DNA from: an uncultured virus (IMG/VR IMGVR_UViG_3300020173_001350)
Lineage: Duplodnaviria; Heunggongvirae; Uroviricota; Caudoviricetes
DNA length: 64,000 nt
Virus record (IMG/VR): IMGVR_UViG_3300020173_001350
Direction: 5' to 3' (one strand)
Part shown: one piece after another, positions 48,171 to 57,502 of the stretch
Position numbering within the stretch: position 1 is the first letter of the stretch
Layout of the letters: the number at the start of each line of letters is the position of its first letter
Made by a program: the position numbers and the translations under genes
The notes under the pieces: model-generated
Told to the model about the DNA's origin: nothing
The model's input: the letters and a program-made list of their open reading frames with translations, nothing else
The model's database searches: none

Positions 48171-50000
48171 ATGTCTGAACAATTTAAAATTTTAACTGCT
48201 CGCCAACACGTCCGTGAACGTATCGGAATGTATATGGGTTCAAGTGCAAAAGAACAGGTTGAGCGGTTTGTTCTCGGTGAGTGGAAAAATGCCACATACG
48301 TACCTGCATTGTCAAAAATGATTGATGAGATACTCGACAACTCACTTGATGAAGCAATTCGTACAAATTTCAAATTCGCAAACCGTATTAATGTATCTGT
48401 GACCGATGATAAAGTAATCGTTACGGACAACGGTCGTGGTATTCCACAAGAACTGGTGTACGATGAAACATCCGATACAAAAATTGCTCGAGCAACTGCG
48501 GCATGGACAAGAGTTAATGCTGGTACATCGTTTGATGATGAACGCGTAACAATCGGTACAAACGGTGTCGGTTCAGCGGCAACCAATTTCCTATCAAAGA
48601 AATTTGTCGGTAAGACTTGGTCAAATAACAATATGCTTATTGTTGAATGTAAGAACGGTGCCGAGACTATTAATGAAAAGAATGGTCAACGTGAAGGCAA
48701 TGGTACTGAGGTATCATTTATACCTGACTTTGACTTGTTTGAAGTTAATAACCTTTCTGAACTTGATACAATTGTATTACTTGAAGATCGGTTGATTTCA
48801 TTGCAAATGGCATTTCCTGAGATCTCGTTTTCGTTTAATAAGAAACGTATTAAGGTCAACAACCTCAAAAAATATGCCGATATGTTTGTAAAAGATGGCA
48901 GTGATGTTATCATTGAGAAATCATACAACTTATCCTTTTTCTTTGCGGGTTCAGTTGATGGGTTCCGTTCAAACTCATTTGTTAATGGTGTGAATACTCG
49001 TCAAGGTGGTACTTATGTTGATTGGATAATGCATAACGTAATTACTCAATTGGCTGTTATGATTAAACGGAAACACCGTATTGAAGTCGGTAATATGACA
49101 ATTAAAAATGGTTTGACCATGGTTATGTTTGCTCGAAACTTCACCAATCCAAAGTTTGATTCTCAAACAAAGGAACGGTTAACAAACCCAATGGGTAATG
49201 TCAAAGAACACTACACAGAAGCAAACGTAAAAGATGCTTTATTCTTTGCTCGTAAGATCATGGCAACACCGTCAATTATTGAACCAATTATCGAAGCACA
49301 GCTTGCAAAGAAACAGGCTGCTGATAAACGTGCCGCTACAATTGCTCAAAAGAATTTGAGAAAAGTCAAAGTTGCAAAGCACATCTCTGCTAACAAACCA
49401 AACTCAACACTGAAAATTGTTGAAGGTGACTCGGCAATGGGTTTCTTACTCAAAGTACGTGATCCTGATACGGTTGGTGCATATCCATTGCGTGGTGTTA
49501 TTATGAACACGTGGGATATGAAACCTGCGGATGTGCTAAAGAACAAAGAATTGTCAGAATTGGTTGCGGTTCTAAACCTCGACATTAACAATCCAAATTC
49601 TATTGATAATATGTCATATGAATCAATTGCAACATTAACCGATGCTGACCACGATGGTATTGGCCACATCAGTCCGTTGCTGATTGCATTCTTTTACAAA
49701 TTTTGGCCGCGGTTGTTATCTGAGAAACGTGTTAAAATCACACGTACTCCAATTATGATTTCAACTAAAGGCAAAGACATTAAATGGTTCTACACATATG
49801 AAGATGCTTCAAAGTTCAAACAAGAACAAACAAATTGGAAGCACCGTTATATCAAAGGCCTAGGCAGCTTGACCGAAGATGAATATGATACCATTATTAA
49901 TAAACCGGTTTATGATACGGTTACGGTTGATGATGCATCAGTATTCCAAATGATGTTCGGTAAAGACTCAACCTTGCGTAAGGAGTATATGTTCGCATGA
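48171..50000 (+). CDS. gp39: DNA topoisomerase II large subunit (gp39+gp60 fused)
   Basis: EILDNSLDE, DNGRGIP, EGDSA, PLRG, TDADHDG, YIKGLG. Confidence 0.95.
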   Translation: MSEQFKILTARQHVRERIGMYMGSSAKEQVERFVLGEWKNATYVPALSKMIDEILDNSLDEAIRTNFKFANRINVSVTDDKVIVTDNGRGIPQELVYDETSDTKIARATAAWTRVNAGTSFDDERVTIGTNGVGSAATNFLSKKFVGKTWSNNNMLIVECKNGAETINEKNGQREGNGTEVSFIPDFDLFEVNNLSELDTIVLLEDRLISLQMAFPEISFSFNKKRIKVNNLKKYADMFVKDGSDVIIEKSYNLSFFFAGSVDGFRSNSFVNGVNTRQGGTYVDWIMHNVITQLAVMIKRKHRIEVGNMTIKNGLTMVMFARNFTNPKFDSQTKERLTNPMGNVKEHYTEANVKDALFFARKIMATPSIIEPIIEAQLAKKQAADKRAATIAQKNLRKVKVAKHISANKPNSTLKIVEGDSAMGFLLKVRDPDTVGAYPLRGVIMNTWDMKPADVLKNKELSELVAVLNLDINNPNSIDNMSYESIATLTDADHDGIGHISPLLIAFFYKFWPRLLSEKRVKITRTPIMISTKGKDIKWFYTYEDASKFKQEQTNWKHRYIKGLGSLTEDEYDTIINKPVYDTVTVDDASVFQMMFGKDSTLRKEYMFA

Positions 50001-50149
50001 TTTTATGGTATGACATATTGTTAGCTATTTTGTTTGCATGGATAATGCTCAACCTATTCTTTGCACCATTCATTGGACCCATCATGGCATACTTTGCTTA
50101 TGAAGGTTGGATGGTGTACTGTAATTATCGGTTGACAAACCAGGTTTAA
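49997..50149 (+). CDS. 50-aa membrane peptide (not in ORF track)
   Basis: ATGA overlap; MILWYDILLAILFAWIMLNLFFAPFIGPIMAYFAYEGW... Confidence 0.55.
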   Translation: MILWYDILLAILFAWIMLNLFFAPFIGPIMAYFAYEGWMVYCNYRLTNQV

Positions 50150-50184
50150 TGTTGTAGAATGGATAGAATCATAAAGGAATTACT

Positions 50185-51525
50185 ATGAGCGTTTTAGATT
50201 TTGTTGAAGATCAACACCAATACCCAATTAGCGCCGTTGCTAAAAACGAATGGTTATCATTTGCAATGTATACGGTTGAGTCGAGAGCAATCCCAAATAT
50301 GATTGATGGGTTGAAACCAGTACAACGGTTTTATTTGTACTCCTCATTGCTAAACTCTAAATCAGATTTCAAAAAGGTATCTGCTGTTGCTGGTATCATT
50401 TCTGATTACGGCTACAATCACGGTGAAACATCAGCGGCAGGTGCCGGTCAATTGATGGCAGCAACATGGAATAACAATATTTGTTTAGTTGAAGGCCGTG
50501 GGTCATTTGGTACTCGACTTGTTCAAGAACCTGGTGCGGCACGTTATGTATATACTCGTGTCCATGAAAATTTCAAAACATATATCAAAGATTTGGAATT
50601 GTCACCTGAACATAATGATCCTGAGCATGAGCCGCCAGCATTCTACCTGCCAGTTATTCCTTTGGTATTGGCAAATGGAACTAAAGGAATTGCAACTGGT
50701 TTCGCAACAAACATTCTTCCGCGATCAAAAAACGATCTCTCTCGTGCTTGCGATGAATACTTGTCGAGTGGTAACATATCGAGAAGACTTCCAGTGTCCT
50801 TTCCTGATTTCAATGGTACAGTTACATATGATTCTATCGAAGATAAGTATTCTGTTAATGGTGTTTTCAGTAAACCAACCAAAACAACAATGACAATCAC
50901 TGAAGTACCATATGGTTTTGACCGTGAAGGTTACGTTAAGGTTCTCGATAAACTTGAGGAAGATGGTGACATTGTATCATATGAAGATTTATGTGATAAA
51001 ACTGGTTTTCGTTTTGATGTTAAATTAAAACAAAAAGGTAGTTCAGATTGGGATAACGATAAAATATATCGTAAGTTCAAATTATCAAAGCCACTCACCG
51101 AAAATATTACTGTTATTGATTTTAATGGTAAACTCCGTGAGTACAAAAATGAACTTGATCTCATTAAAGATTTTTGTGATTACCGTTTGGGTATTCTCAA
51201 TGCTCGTATTGAATTGCGTAAACAAGAAGCAATCGAATTAGCACGTTGGTTACGTGTTAAAATGGAATTCATCCAAGCAGTACTTGATGATAAAATTGTA
51301 TTCAAGAACCGCAAGAAAAAAGATGTCGCCGAGCAAATCCTTAATGTCACCTCAGCATTACCAGAAGATGCTGATAAGTTACTCGCAATTAACATTATGA
51401 GCCTAACTGATGAAATGGTACAAAAGCTTGCCAAGGAAATCAAAGAAGCTGAAACTGATTTGCGGTATTGGAACAATACAACTGCAAAGAAACAATTTGA
51501 GCTTGATCTTAAAGAGGTGGCATAA
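50185..51525 (+). CDS. gp52: DNA topoisomerase II medium subunit
   Basis: RAIP..IDGLKPVQR, Y.HGE.S, AARY catalytic Tyr, GIATGF. Confidence 0.95.
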   Translation: MSVLDFVEDQHQYPISAVAKNEWLSFAMYTVESRAIPNMIDGLKPVQRFYLYSSLLNSKSDFKKVSAVAGIISDYGYNHGETSAAGAGQLMAATWNNNICLVEGRGSFGTRLVQEPGAARYVYTRVHENFKTYIKDLELSPEHNDPEHEPPAFYLPVIPLVLANGTKGIATGFATNILPRSKNDLSRACDEYLSSGNISRRLPVSFPDFNGTVTYDSIEDKYSVNGVFSKPTKTTMTITEVPYGFDREGYVKVLDKLEEDGDIVSYEDLCDKTGFRFDVKLKQKGSSDWDNDKIYRKFKLSKPLTENITVIDFNGKLREYKNELDLIKDFCDYRLGILNARIELRKQEAIELARWLRVKMEFIQAVLDDKIVFKNRKKKDVAEQILNVTSALPEDADKLLAINIMSLTDEMVQKLAKEIKEAETDLRYWNNTTAKKQFELDLKEVA

Positions 51526-51929
51526 TGTTTTATGTCTCATATGATAAACCAGCAAAAATACCTGATGCCATGATGGACCGTGCTGTTGCGTTTGCATCAG
51601 AGTTCCTTGAAATCGAAGGTGAAATGGAAGTGTTATTTAATGGTGAGTTCGATAATGATTGTTTTGGTTATGTTGAATACGACCCTGAGGATCTTGAGCT
51701 GTGTGTTTATATTGATGGAAAAAACCAGCAAGACCAGATCCTCACTACTTTCTTCCATGAAATGGTACACGTTAAACAATACCTAAAAGGTGAGCTTGTT
51801 TCAGGTATCGGTAAGAAACCGTCACGTTGGTATGGTAAAACATTTGATGGTGATTATTATAATTCACCATGGGAACAAGAAGCCTTCGAATTAGAAAAGA
51901 TTATGTTTGATTGCTTTAAATCCTATTGA
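51525..51929 (+). CDS. zinc metallopeptidase-like protein
   Basis: HEMVHVKQY...PWEQEA. Confidence 0.7.
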   Translation: MFYVSYDKPAKIPDAMMDRAVAFASEFLEIEGEMEVLFNGEFDNDCFGYVEYDPEDLELCVYIDGKNQQDQILTTFFHEMVHVKQYLKGELVSGIGKKPSRWYGKTFDGDYYNSPWEQEAFELEKIMFDCFKSY

Positions 51930-51954
51930 CATTCAAAATAGAATCAGTTATAAT
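51926..51954 (+). promoter_or_regulatory. early promoter, GAATCAGT class
   Basis: TTGACA-N9-GAATCAGT-TATAAT. Confidence 0.8.
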
Positions 51955-51979
51955 AACATAATAACAAAGGAGAAACAGC

Positions 51980-52486
51980 ATGCCCAATTGGTGTATGAAT
52001 GATATTGAAATAAGCGGACCGACTGATTTAATCACTGAGATTTTTGAAAAGGCTCAAGATCAAGGTGGTTTACTTCAACAACTCGTACCTCTTAAGGAAG
52101 ATGAATCAATCGGAATCGGTGACCAGCTTGAAGCATGGGGTACTAAATGGGATGTTGATCCTGAGAACCTAGAACTTGATGTTGTAAACGCTAATACACT
52201 TCGTATTGTTGGTACTGTCGATTCTGCATGGGGTCCACCAATCACCGCATTGGAAACATTCGCCACCCTTAACAAAGACTGTTCTGTTGATTTGAAATAT
52301 TGGGAGTCAGGCATTGGGTTTGTTGGGCAATTTAATTCTGAAACAATGGAAGACGAGTATTACGAATATAATTTGGAAGACCGTTCGTCAATTGATGAAA
52401 TTCCTGATGATTTGCTAGAACATTTTAGCATTGAAGAAGAATATAACGAATACCTTGAAGACTTTGATTACGAAGATGATGATTAA
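51980..52486 (+). CDS. DUF1281-like protein
   Basis: MPNWC.N, WGTKWD, SAWGPP, Y.E.G..F.G. Confidence 0.7.
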   Translation: MPNWCMNDIEISGPTDLITEIFEKAQDQGGLLQQLVPLKEDESIGIGDQLEAWGTKWDVDPENLELDVVNANTLRIVGTVDSAWGPPITALETFATLNKDCSVDLKYWESGIGFVGQFNSETMEDEYYEYNLEDRSSIDEIPDDLLEHFSIEEEYNEYLEDFDYEDDD

Positions 52487-52850
52487 AACTAATCTTGATA
52501 ATGAAGATCTGGTAAAAAAGTTTGTTGCATTTTGTTGTAACAATCTAAACGTGTTCCCAGAGCAAATCGTCCTCGAAGCTGAGGATGAGCTCGAAGGCAA
52601 TGGTATATGTGTTGATATAGAAAAAGGTTATTATCTGATTTTGGTAAAAACCATTAATCGTAATATCACGGAAATATTTTCAACCATTGCTCACGAGCTT
52701 GTTCACGTTAAACAATATGAGTTTGATGATCTTAATGCTGCATTACAAACTGACACAGAATACGAAACTTGTTGGTGGGAAACTGAGGCACGTGAAAAAT
52801 CTAAAGAATTAATTACAGAATTTGTTAAAATAATTGAAATTAACCATTGA
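52476..52850 (+). CDS. zinc metallopeptidase-like protein (paralogue)
   Basis: HELVHVKQY...WWETEA. Confidence 0.7.
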   Translation: MMIKTNLDNEDLVKKFVAFCCNNLNVFPEQIVLEAEDELEGNGICVDIEKGYYLILVKTINRNITEIFSTIAHELVHVKQYEFDDLNAALQTDTEYETCWWETEAREKSKELITEFVKIIEINH

Positions 52851-52875
52851 CAAATGCTTTAGAATCAGTTATTAT
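52847..52875 (+). promoter_or_regulatory. early promoter, GAATCAGT class
   Basis: TTAACCA-TTGACA-N9-GAATCAGT-TATTAT. Confidence 0.8.
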
Positions 52876-52902
52876 GGAATAATCAAATAAAGGAAACTAT
52901 CT

Positions 52903-53127
52903 ATGAACATTACATTCTTTGAACAAACTGCCGCACAAAAAATCGTTTCATCCTTTGGCCGTAAAATGATGTGGGCATCTGAATCAGGTGAATTTATGAA
53001 CATTCCGTTACCTATCCTGAATTCCTTTTCGGATGTAGGTGAGCATCTTGCTGAAACTGCATCTATGAAAGGTCTTAGTGAAGCACAACTAATGACCGTT
53101 CGTTATGCTAAAAGATTGATTGGATAA
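52903..53127 (+). CDS. hypothetical early protein
   Basis: SD AAGGA, first ORF after early promoter. Confidence 0.6.
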   Translation: MNITFFEQTAAQKIVSSFGRKMMWASESGEFMNIPLPILNSFSDVGEHLAETASMKGLSEAQLMTVRYAKRLIG

Positions 53128-53131
53128 TAAA

Positions 53132-53596
53132 ATGAAAAATTTAGTATTTCTAACCGCGCTGACTGTTGCAACACCAGTCTTTGCAAACGAAACTCCGACT
53201 AACGTGAGAGTGTTTGACCATACAAAGCAAGCACGTTCCGTTCAGATTGTTGAAAAGCTCGTTTGTAATGATGTGAAAGTACCGATTTACGAGACGGTAC
53301 AATCCCAAGGTGATGCCGCAGGTGGTGCTCTTGCAGGTATGATTATCGGAGGTATCCTAGGTAAAGGAGTATCAGGTAACGATGATGGTGCAGCAGTCGG
53401 CGCGGTAATTGGAGGATTGGTTGGTGCAGATCAAGGATCACGACCAAAAACACAACAACGTATTGTTGGTTATGAATGGACTGAACAATGTGATGTTGTT
53501 GAATATCGAGATACCGTAAACGCCGACGTGTATTCGCACTCGACGATTAGATTTTTTATTGACGGTAAACGATACGTTCTTAATTTTCAAAGATAG
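53132..53596 (+). CDS. secreted glycine-zipper protein
   Basis: Signal peptide; GALAGMIIGGILG...GAAVGAVIGGLVG. Confidence 0.75.
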   Translation: MKNLVFLTALTVATPVFANETPTNVRVFDHTKQARSVQIVEKLVCNDVKVPIYETVQSQGDAAGGALAGMIIGGILGKGVSGNDDGAAVGAVIGGLVGADQGSRPKTQQRIVGYEWTEQCDVVEYRDTVNADVYSHSTIRFFIDGKRYVLNFQR

Positions 53597-53673
53597 GTCT
53601 CTTAGCTCAGCAGGATTAGAGCAAGTGCCTTCTAAGCACTAGGTCGTAGGTTCGAGTCCTACAGAGATCACCA
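53596..53673 (+). tRNA. tRNA-Arg(UCU)
   Basis: Acceptor GGTCTCT/AGAGATC, anticodon arm AGTGC-CTTCTAA-GCACT, GTTCGAG T-loop, encoded CCA. Confidence 0.95.
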
Positions 53674-53688
53674 AATAAAGGAATAACA

Positions 53689-53880
53689 ATGTGGGTTTTA
53701 GTGTTCGTATATATGTACGATGAAATACCTTACGTAGAACTTGTCAGCAAACATACTAATATGTATGAGTGCTTTTATGCACGTGAAGATCTAAGTTCTG
53801 ACGTTGGTAAAGGCGATGGTTATTTTGAAGCAGGTCAACAAGCAATTTGCATTTATAAAGGTGAAAAAGATGGCATTTAA
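53689..53880 (+). CDS. hypothetical protein
   Basis: SD AAGGA; ECF..RE.L...GQQAIC. Confidence 0.6.
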   Translation: MWVLVFVYMYDEIPYVELVSKHTNMYECFYAREDLSSDVGKGDGYFEAGQQAICIYKGEKDGI

Positions 53881-54163
53881 AGCTAATGATATTGTAACAG
53901 TAATTACACAAAACGGTGAATACGTAGGTAAACTAATATCACAAGATGGCTCAACAGTTGAGCTAAAAAATCCTAGGTTCCTCACAATGAGTGAACAAGG
54001 TATGGGTTTTTCAAATGGAATTGCTATGACAGGTGAACAAGATCCTAAGGAATGTGTATTATATAACATTTCATTAGTAGTTAAAACAAATGAAGAGGTT
54101 GCTAACGCATACCGACAAATGACGAGTGGTTTGGTTACACCACAATCAAGCTTAATTGTATAG
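53870..54163 (+). CDS. hypothetical protein, Sm-like fold candidate
   Basis: DIVTV....GEYVGK....L.NPR...AY...TSGLV. Confidence 0.55.
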   Translation: MAFKANDIVTVITQNGEYVGKLISQDGSTVELKNPRFLTMSEQGMGFSNGIAMTGEQDPKECVLYNISLVVKTNEEVANAYRQMTSGLVTPQSSLIV

Positions 54164-54172
54164 GAGAATATT

Positions 54173-54379
54173 ATGATTCATCAAGAATACACAATAGAAG
54201 CACTACGCTCACACGCAAGAGGTCATATTGATAAGCATAAGTATAATGTTGAAGTTTATCTTAATAACCCAGCAGGTGTAGGTGAACACCCCGACGTATT
54301 TGAAGCAATGGAAACAGAAATCCTTGAAATTGCAAAATACCAGGATGTGCTTGATATGTTGGATAAGTACTTTACATAA
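54173..54379 (+). CDS. conserved phage hypothetical protein
   Basis: NVEVYL.NPAGVGEHPD. Confidence 0.7.
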   Translation: MIHQEYTIEALRSHARGHIDKHKYNVEVYLNNPAGVGEHPDVFEAMETEILEIAKYQDVLDMLDKYFT

Positions 54380-54387
54380 ATATTAGT

Positions 54388-55272
54388 ATGGTTATGAAGT
54401 TATTAGTGACAGGTGCGTCCGGTTATATCGGATCACATTTTTGTCGGTTGGCAAAAGAACATGGATATGAAGTCCATGGGTTTGATAACAATTTCCATGG
54501 CGAAAGCAATGATGTTTCTAAATACTGTGACAAGTTTTGGGTACAGGATATTATGGATCATTGGCTTATGGGTTGGGGTGATGCAGTAGTTCACCTTGCA
54601 GGCCGTAGTATTGTTCCACAATCATTAAAAGAACCATCAGCATATTATCGTATCAATACAATGGGTACGCTCAATGCGGTTCAAAAATTACGTACTGATA
54701 ATTTCATATTCGCATCTACATCATCGGCTTTTGAAATGGCATCACCGTATGCTCGCTCAAAAGTTGGTGCTGAAGATATTATAAAGGAGAAAGCTGATGG
54801 GTACACTATTTTTCGTTTCTTTAATGTTAGTGGGAGTGATGGTATTAATCGTCAGCTTGGGGATAGTTCTCACCTCATTAGAATTGGAGCGGAAGTTGCT
54901 GCAGGCATACGGCAACACGTAGAAGTATATGGAGATGATTATGAAACACGGGATGGGACTTGTGTACGTGATTACATTCACGTTAACGATCTCTGTAATT
55001 CTTTACTCAACGCTGCTATATCTGGACCATCCAATACTCCATACGAATGCCTCGGAAGTAATCAAGGATGGACTGTCCACGAAGTCTTAGATACTATGGA
55101 AAAAATTACCGGTAAATCAATGAATAGAAAAATTGTCGGCCGTCGTGCCGGTGATGCTGTTAAATCTATAGTTGATAATCCATCAAAATTATGTAACCTG
55201 ACAAAATCGCTTGGTGATATGTGCCACGATCAGTATAAGTTAGAAATGGGAAAGCATGGCAAATCAATTTAG
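54388..55272 (+). CDS. galE: UDP-glucose 4-epimerase-like NAD-dependent epimerase
   Basis: TGASGYIGSH, SPYARSK, FRFFNV, DGTCVRDYIHV, RRAGD. Confidence 0.88.
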   Translation: MVMKLLVTGASGYIGSHFCRLAKEHGYEVHGFDNNFHGESNDVSKYCDKFWVQDIMDHWLMGWGDAVVHLAGRSIVPQSLKEPSAYYRINTMGTLNAVQKLRTDNFIFASTSSAFEMASPYARSKVGAEDIIKEKADGYTIFRFFNVSGSDGINRQLGDSSHLIRIGAEVAAGIRQHVEVYGDDYETRDGTCVRDYIHVNDLCNSLLNAAISGPSNTPYECLGSNQGWTVHEVLDTMEKITGKSMNRKIVGRRAGDAVKSIVDNPSKLCNLTKSLGDMCHDQYKLEMGKHGKSI

Positions 55273-56011
55273 ATATGAGGAAAAGTTTCCGACAACTCAA
55301 GAAGGTGAATTTCAAAATCACTTTATTTTTCCAACAACAATTACAGAAGTTAGAAAACCTGTAACTCAAAAAGAAAAAGATATGTGGTTTGACGCTTATC
55401 TTAGACATTCAAAGGAAAGTGGTGTATCTCATGACTTTATCGGTTATGAGAAAGTACACAATGATCCTGCATTAGCGGAATGGTTTGATGTAGTATTACC
55501 AAACTGTTTAAACCTGTACCTTGAGACAATCGGTGTGAACCGAATGAAGATTGATTTGTTTATAACAAAAGCATTCTTTAATATAACCGATAAAGCATCC
55601 ATAAATATCCATAACCATGCTGAGAATCATATCTCATGGGTGTATTATCCACACGTAAATATTCAAAGGCACCGTGATATTAGATTCTATGATCCACGTG
55701 ATGCTCATCCTAATGAGCCCTATTCAAAATTCTTTGGCGAACACGTGGGTGGGAATTGGACTTATGCAAATGCAAGAACATGGCAATTCCCAGTAAAGGA
55801 CGGTGTTCTACTAGTATTTCCATCAAACCTTAACCATGATATTGTTGCACAGGAAGGTGACGATGGACCTGGCCTCCAAAGTTTCAAAACAAAAACTGAT
55901 TTAAAACTAAGTAGGTTTTGTGTGGCAGGAGATGTTATGATTGTAAGAAAACCAAATGTCGCCGAATATAGTAGAACACTGCCTTCATTTGAACATTGGC
56001 GGAAAGCTTAA
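55256..56011 (+). CDS. 2OG-Fe(II) oxygenase-like protein
   Basis: HNH...ISWVYY, FPSNLNH, R..VAGD. Confidence 0.7.
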   Translation: MANQFRYEEKFPTTQEGEFQNHFIFPTTITEVRKPVTQKEKDMWFDAYLRHSKESGVSHDFIGYEKVHNDPALAEWFDVVLPNCLNLYLETIGVNRMKIDLFITKAFFNITDKASINIHNHAENHISWVYYPHVNIQRHRDIRFYDPRDAHPNEPYSKFFGEHVGGNWTYANARTWQFPVKDGVLLVFPSNLNHDIVAQEGDDGPGLQSFKTKTDLKLSRFCVAGDVMIVRKPNVAEYSRTLPSFEHWRKA

Positions 56012-56012
56012 C

Positions 56013-56171
56013 TTATTCAGATTTCCAAATTGTCCAAGCGCCCCAGGCAATTGCAATGCCTGCAGCAATTTTTGCTAATGGTGCCATGAAGAGAACCAAC
56101 ATACCGAGTGCTACCAAAGCACAGCCGTCCCAAGTTGTTCTTTCCTTAAGTCTGTTTTTAATCCAATTCAT
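56013..56171 (-). CDS. 52-aa two-TM membrane protein (not in ORF track)
   Basis: SD AGGAGG; MNWIKNRLKERTTWDGCALVALG...AWGAWTIWKSE. Confidence 0.7.
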   Translation of the reverse strand: MNWIKNRLKERTTWDGCALVALGMLVLFMAPLAKIAAGIAIAWGAWTIWKSE

Positions 56172-56470
56172 TTCTTTTTTCCTCCTAGGATTTTAACACC
56201 AGCTTTTGCTTCAACGGCATTTAGCCGGCGCTCCATATCATCAATCTTTTGAGTGATTTTTGGATACTTCTTTCGCCATGCGTCTTCAGGTTGTTCAAGC
56301 CAGGTTAAACCCCAGCGCTCAACTAAGTAATCAATCATCAAATCAAATTTAGCATAGCCCCATAGTCCAATGCGTGTTGTACTCAAATATGCAAGTACAA
56401 CTGCGCCAATTATGGATCCGCCAATTGCGGTGTAGATCCATAACGTGTCTTCTAGCATTCTATCTATCAT
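56168..56470 (-). CDS. membrane-anchored hypothetical protein
   Basis: N-terminal TM; coupled to lipase. Confidence 0.65.
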   Translation of the reverse strand: MIDRMLEDTLWIYTAIGGSIIGAVVLAYLSTTRIGLWGYAKFDLMIDYLVERWGLTWLEQPEDAWRKKYPKITQKIDDMERRLNAVEAKAGVKILGGKKK

Positions 56471-57200
56471 TATTTTGCTCCGTGTATTTGCAGTAATGGT
56501 TCATACCGTGGTCATATGCACCATCAAAAGGCATACCTTTTTTCAATGCTCTCCAACGGCCGCGCCACTTGTCTTTAATTCTTTGCCACTTCGACATTTT
56601 TCTAATATTACCGTAGTAATTAATATAACGTGGTGGGCAATGATGTCTATAGCCAATAAGTGCAAACGGTACAGTTGTTACCAAATCATTATTGTTGACA
56701 TGGCGATAGTGAGTAACATTTTTAAAACTCTTGACGAATTTACGAGTACCAACTCTCGGTGATCCATATGTATATAATGCCACAGGATTCCAAGGACCAT
56801 CAGCCAAACGAGATGTTGCAATTGTTGCCATTGCACCACCTAATGAATGTCCGCATATGAATAGGTCTTTAGGTTTTGCCTTTGCCAATGCTGCTTCAAT
56901 TGCAACCCATACTTTATCAACTTCTGTTTGAAAACCGTTATGGACAAGACCTGATCCGTTGTTTGCTTTGTCGGGCATAGCATTTAGATCTGCTTTAATA
57001 TCAGAAAATTCACCAGGCTCTGTACCACGGAAACATAAAACAATTTCGTTCTTATTCTGAATAAGGTGTACCTGAGCACCATCCTTTTCAATAAATTTAT
57101 GTTGTGTATAACCTAACTTTTTATATTCAGCTTTTGCTTCTTTACCGTCCATATATGCTATTTGAGCACACTGGGCCATAGTTGCGCATTTTTCTATCAT
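56460..57200 (-). CDS. lipase class 3
   Basis: FRGT, VHNGF, GHSLGGA, YGSPRVG, NNDLV, DH.M. Confidence 0.9.
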   Translation of the reverse strand: MIEKCATMAQCAQIAYMDGKEAKAEYKKLGYTQHKFIEKDGAQVHLIQNKNEIVLCFRGTEPGEFSDIKADLNAMPDKANNGSGLVHNGFQTEVDKVWVAIEAALAKAKPKDLFICGHSLGGAMATIATSRLADGPWNPVALYTYGSPRVGTRKFVKSFKNVTHYRHVNNNDLVTTVPFALIGYRHHCPPRYINYYGNIRKMSKWQRIKDKWRGRWRALKKGMPFDGAYDHGMNHYCKYTEQNNDR

Positions 57201-57502
57201 TTGTTAATCCCCTTTAGTTTATCTTTTAACGAAGATGTAGTGGTTTTTGTTTGTACTCGGGATTTGGCGTCGTCCCATCGTAAGTCACCACTGGACAATA
57301 CTTTGGGCTCGGACATATCTTGCTCGGCCTCATGGGAAGGCGGATAATCAATCTTGTAGCGATCTCTTGCTTGTTGAAGTCGTCTTGATGTTTCATTCTG
57401 TCTTTGAGCCCAGTATCTTTCAATCATATTCTCCGTGAACCGTTTGTCTATTTGTTCATCAATATAATTTTTAAAGAACATTTCAAATAAAGTTCTAATC
57501 AT
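57197..57502 (-). CDS. hypothetical protein
   Basis: ATGA-coupled between cyclase and lipase. Confidence 0.55.
   Translation of the reverse strand: MIRTLFEMFFKNYIDEQIDKRFTENMIERYWAQRQNETSRRLQQARDRYKIDYPPSHEAEQDMSEPKVLSSGDLRWDDAKSRVQTKTTTSSLKDKLKGINK

Noticed and set aside
48167..49669. Long antisense ORFs opposite topoisomerase (and similar ones opposite nrdA, gp43, gp46, porin)
   Set aside because: No SD or recognisable motifs; expected shadows of biased codon usage.
1822..50000. Introns, inteins or homing endonucleases in nrdA, nrdB, gp41, uvsX, gp43, gp46, topoisomerase
   Set aside because: All ORFs are continuous and of typical length.
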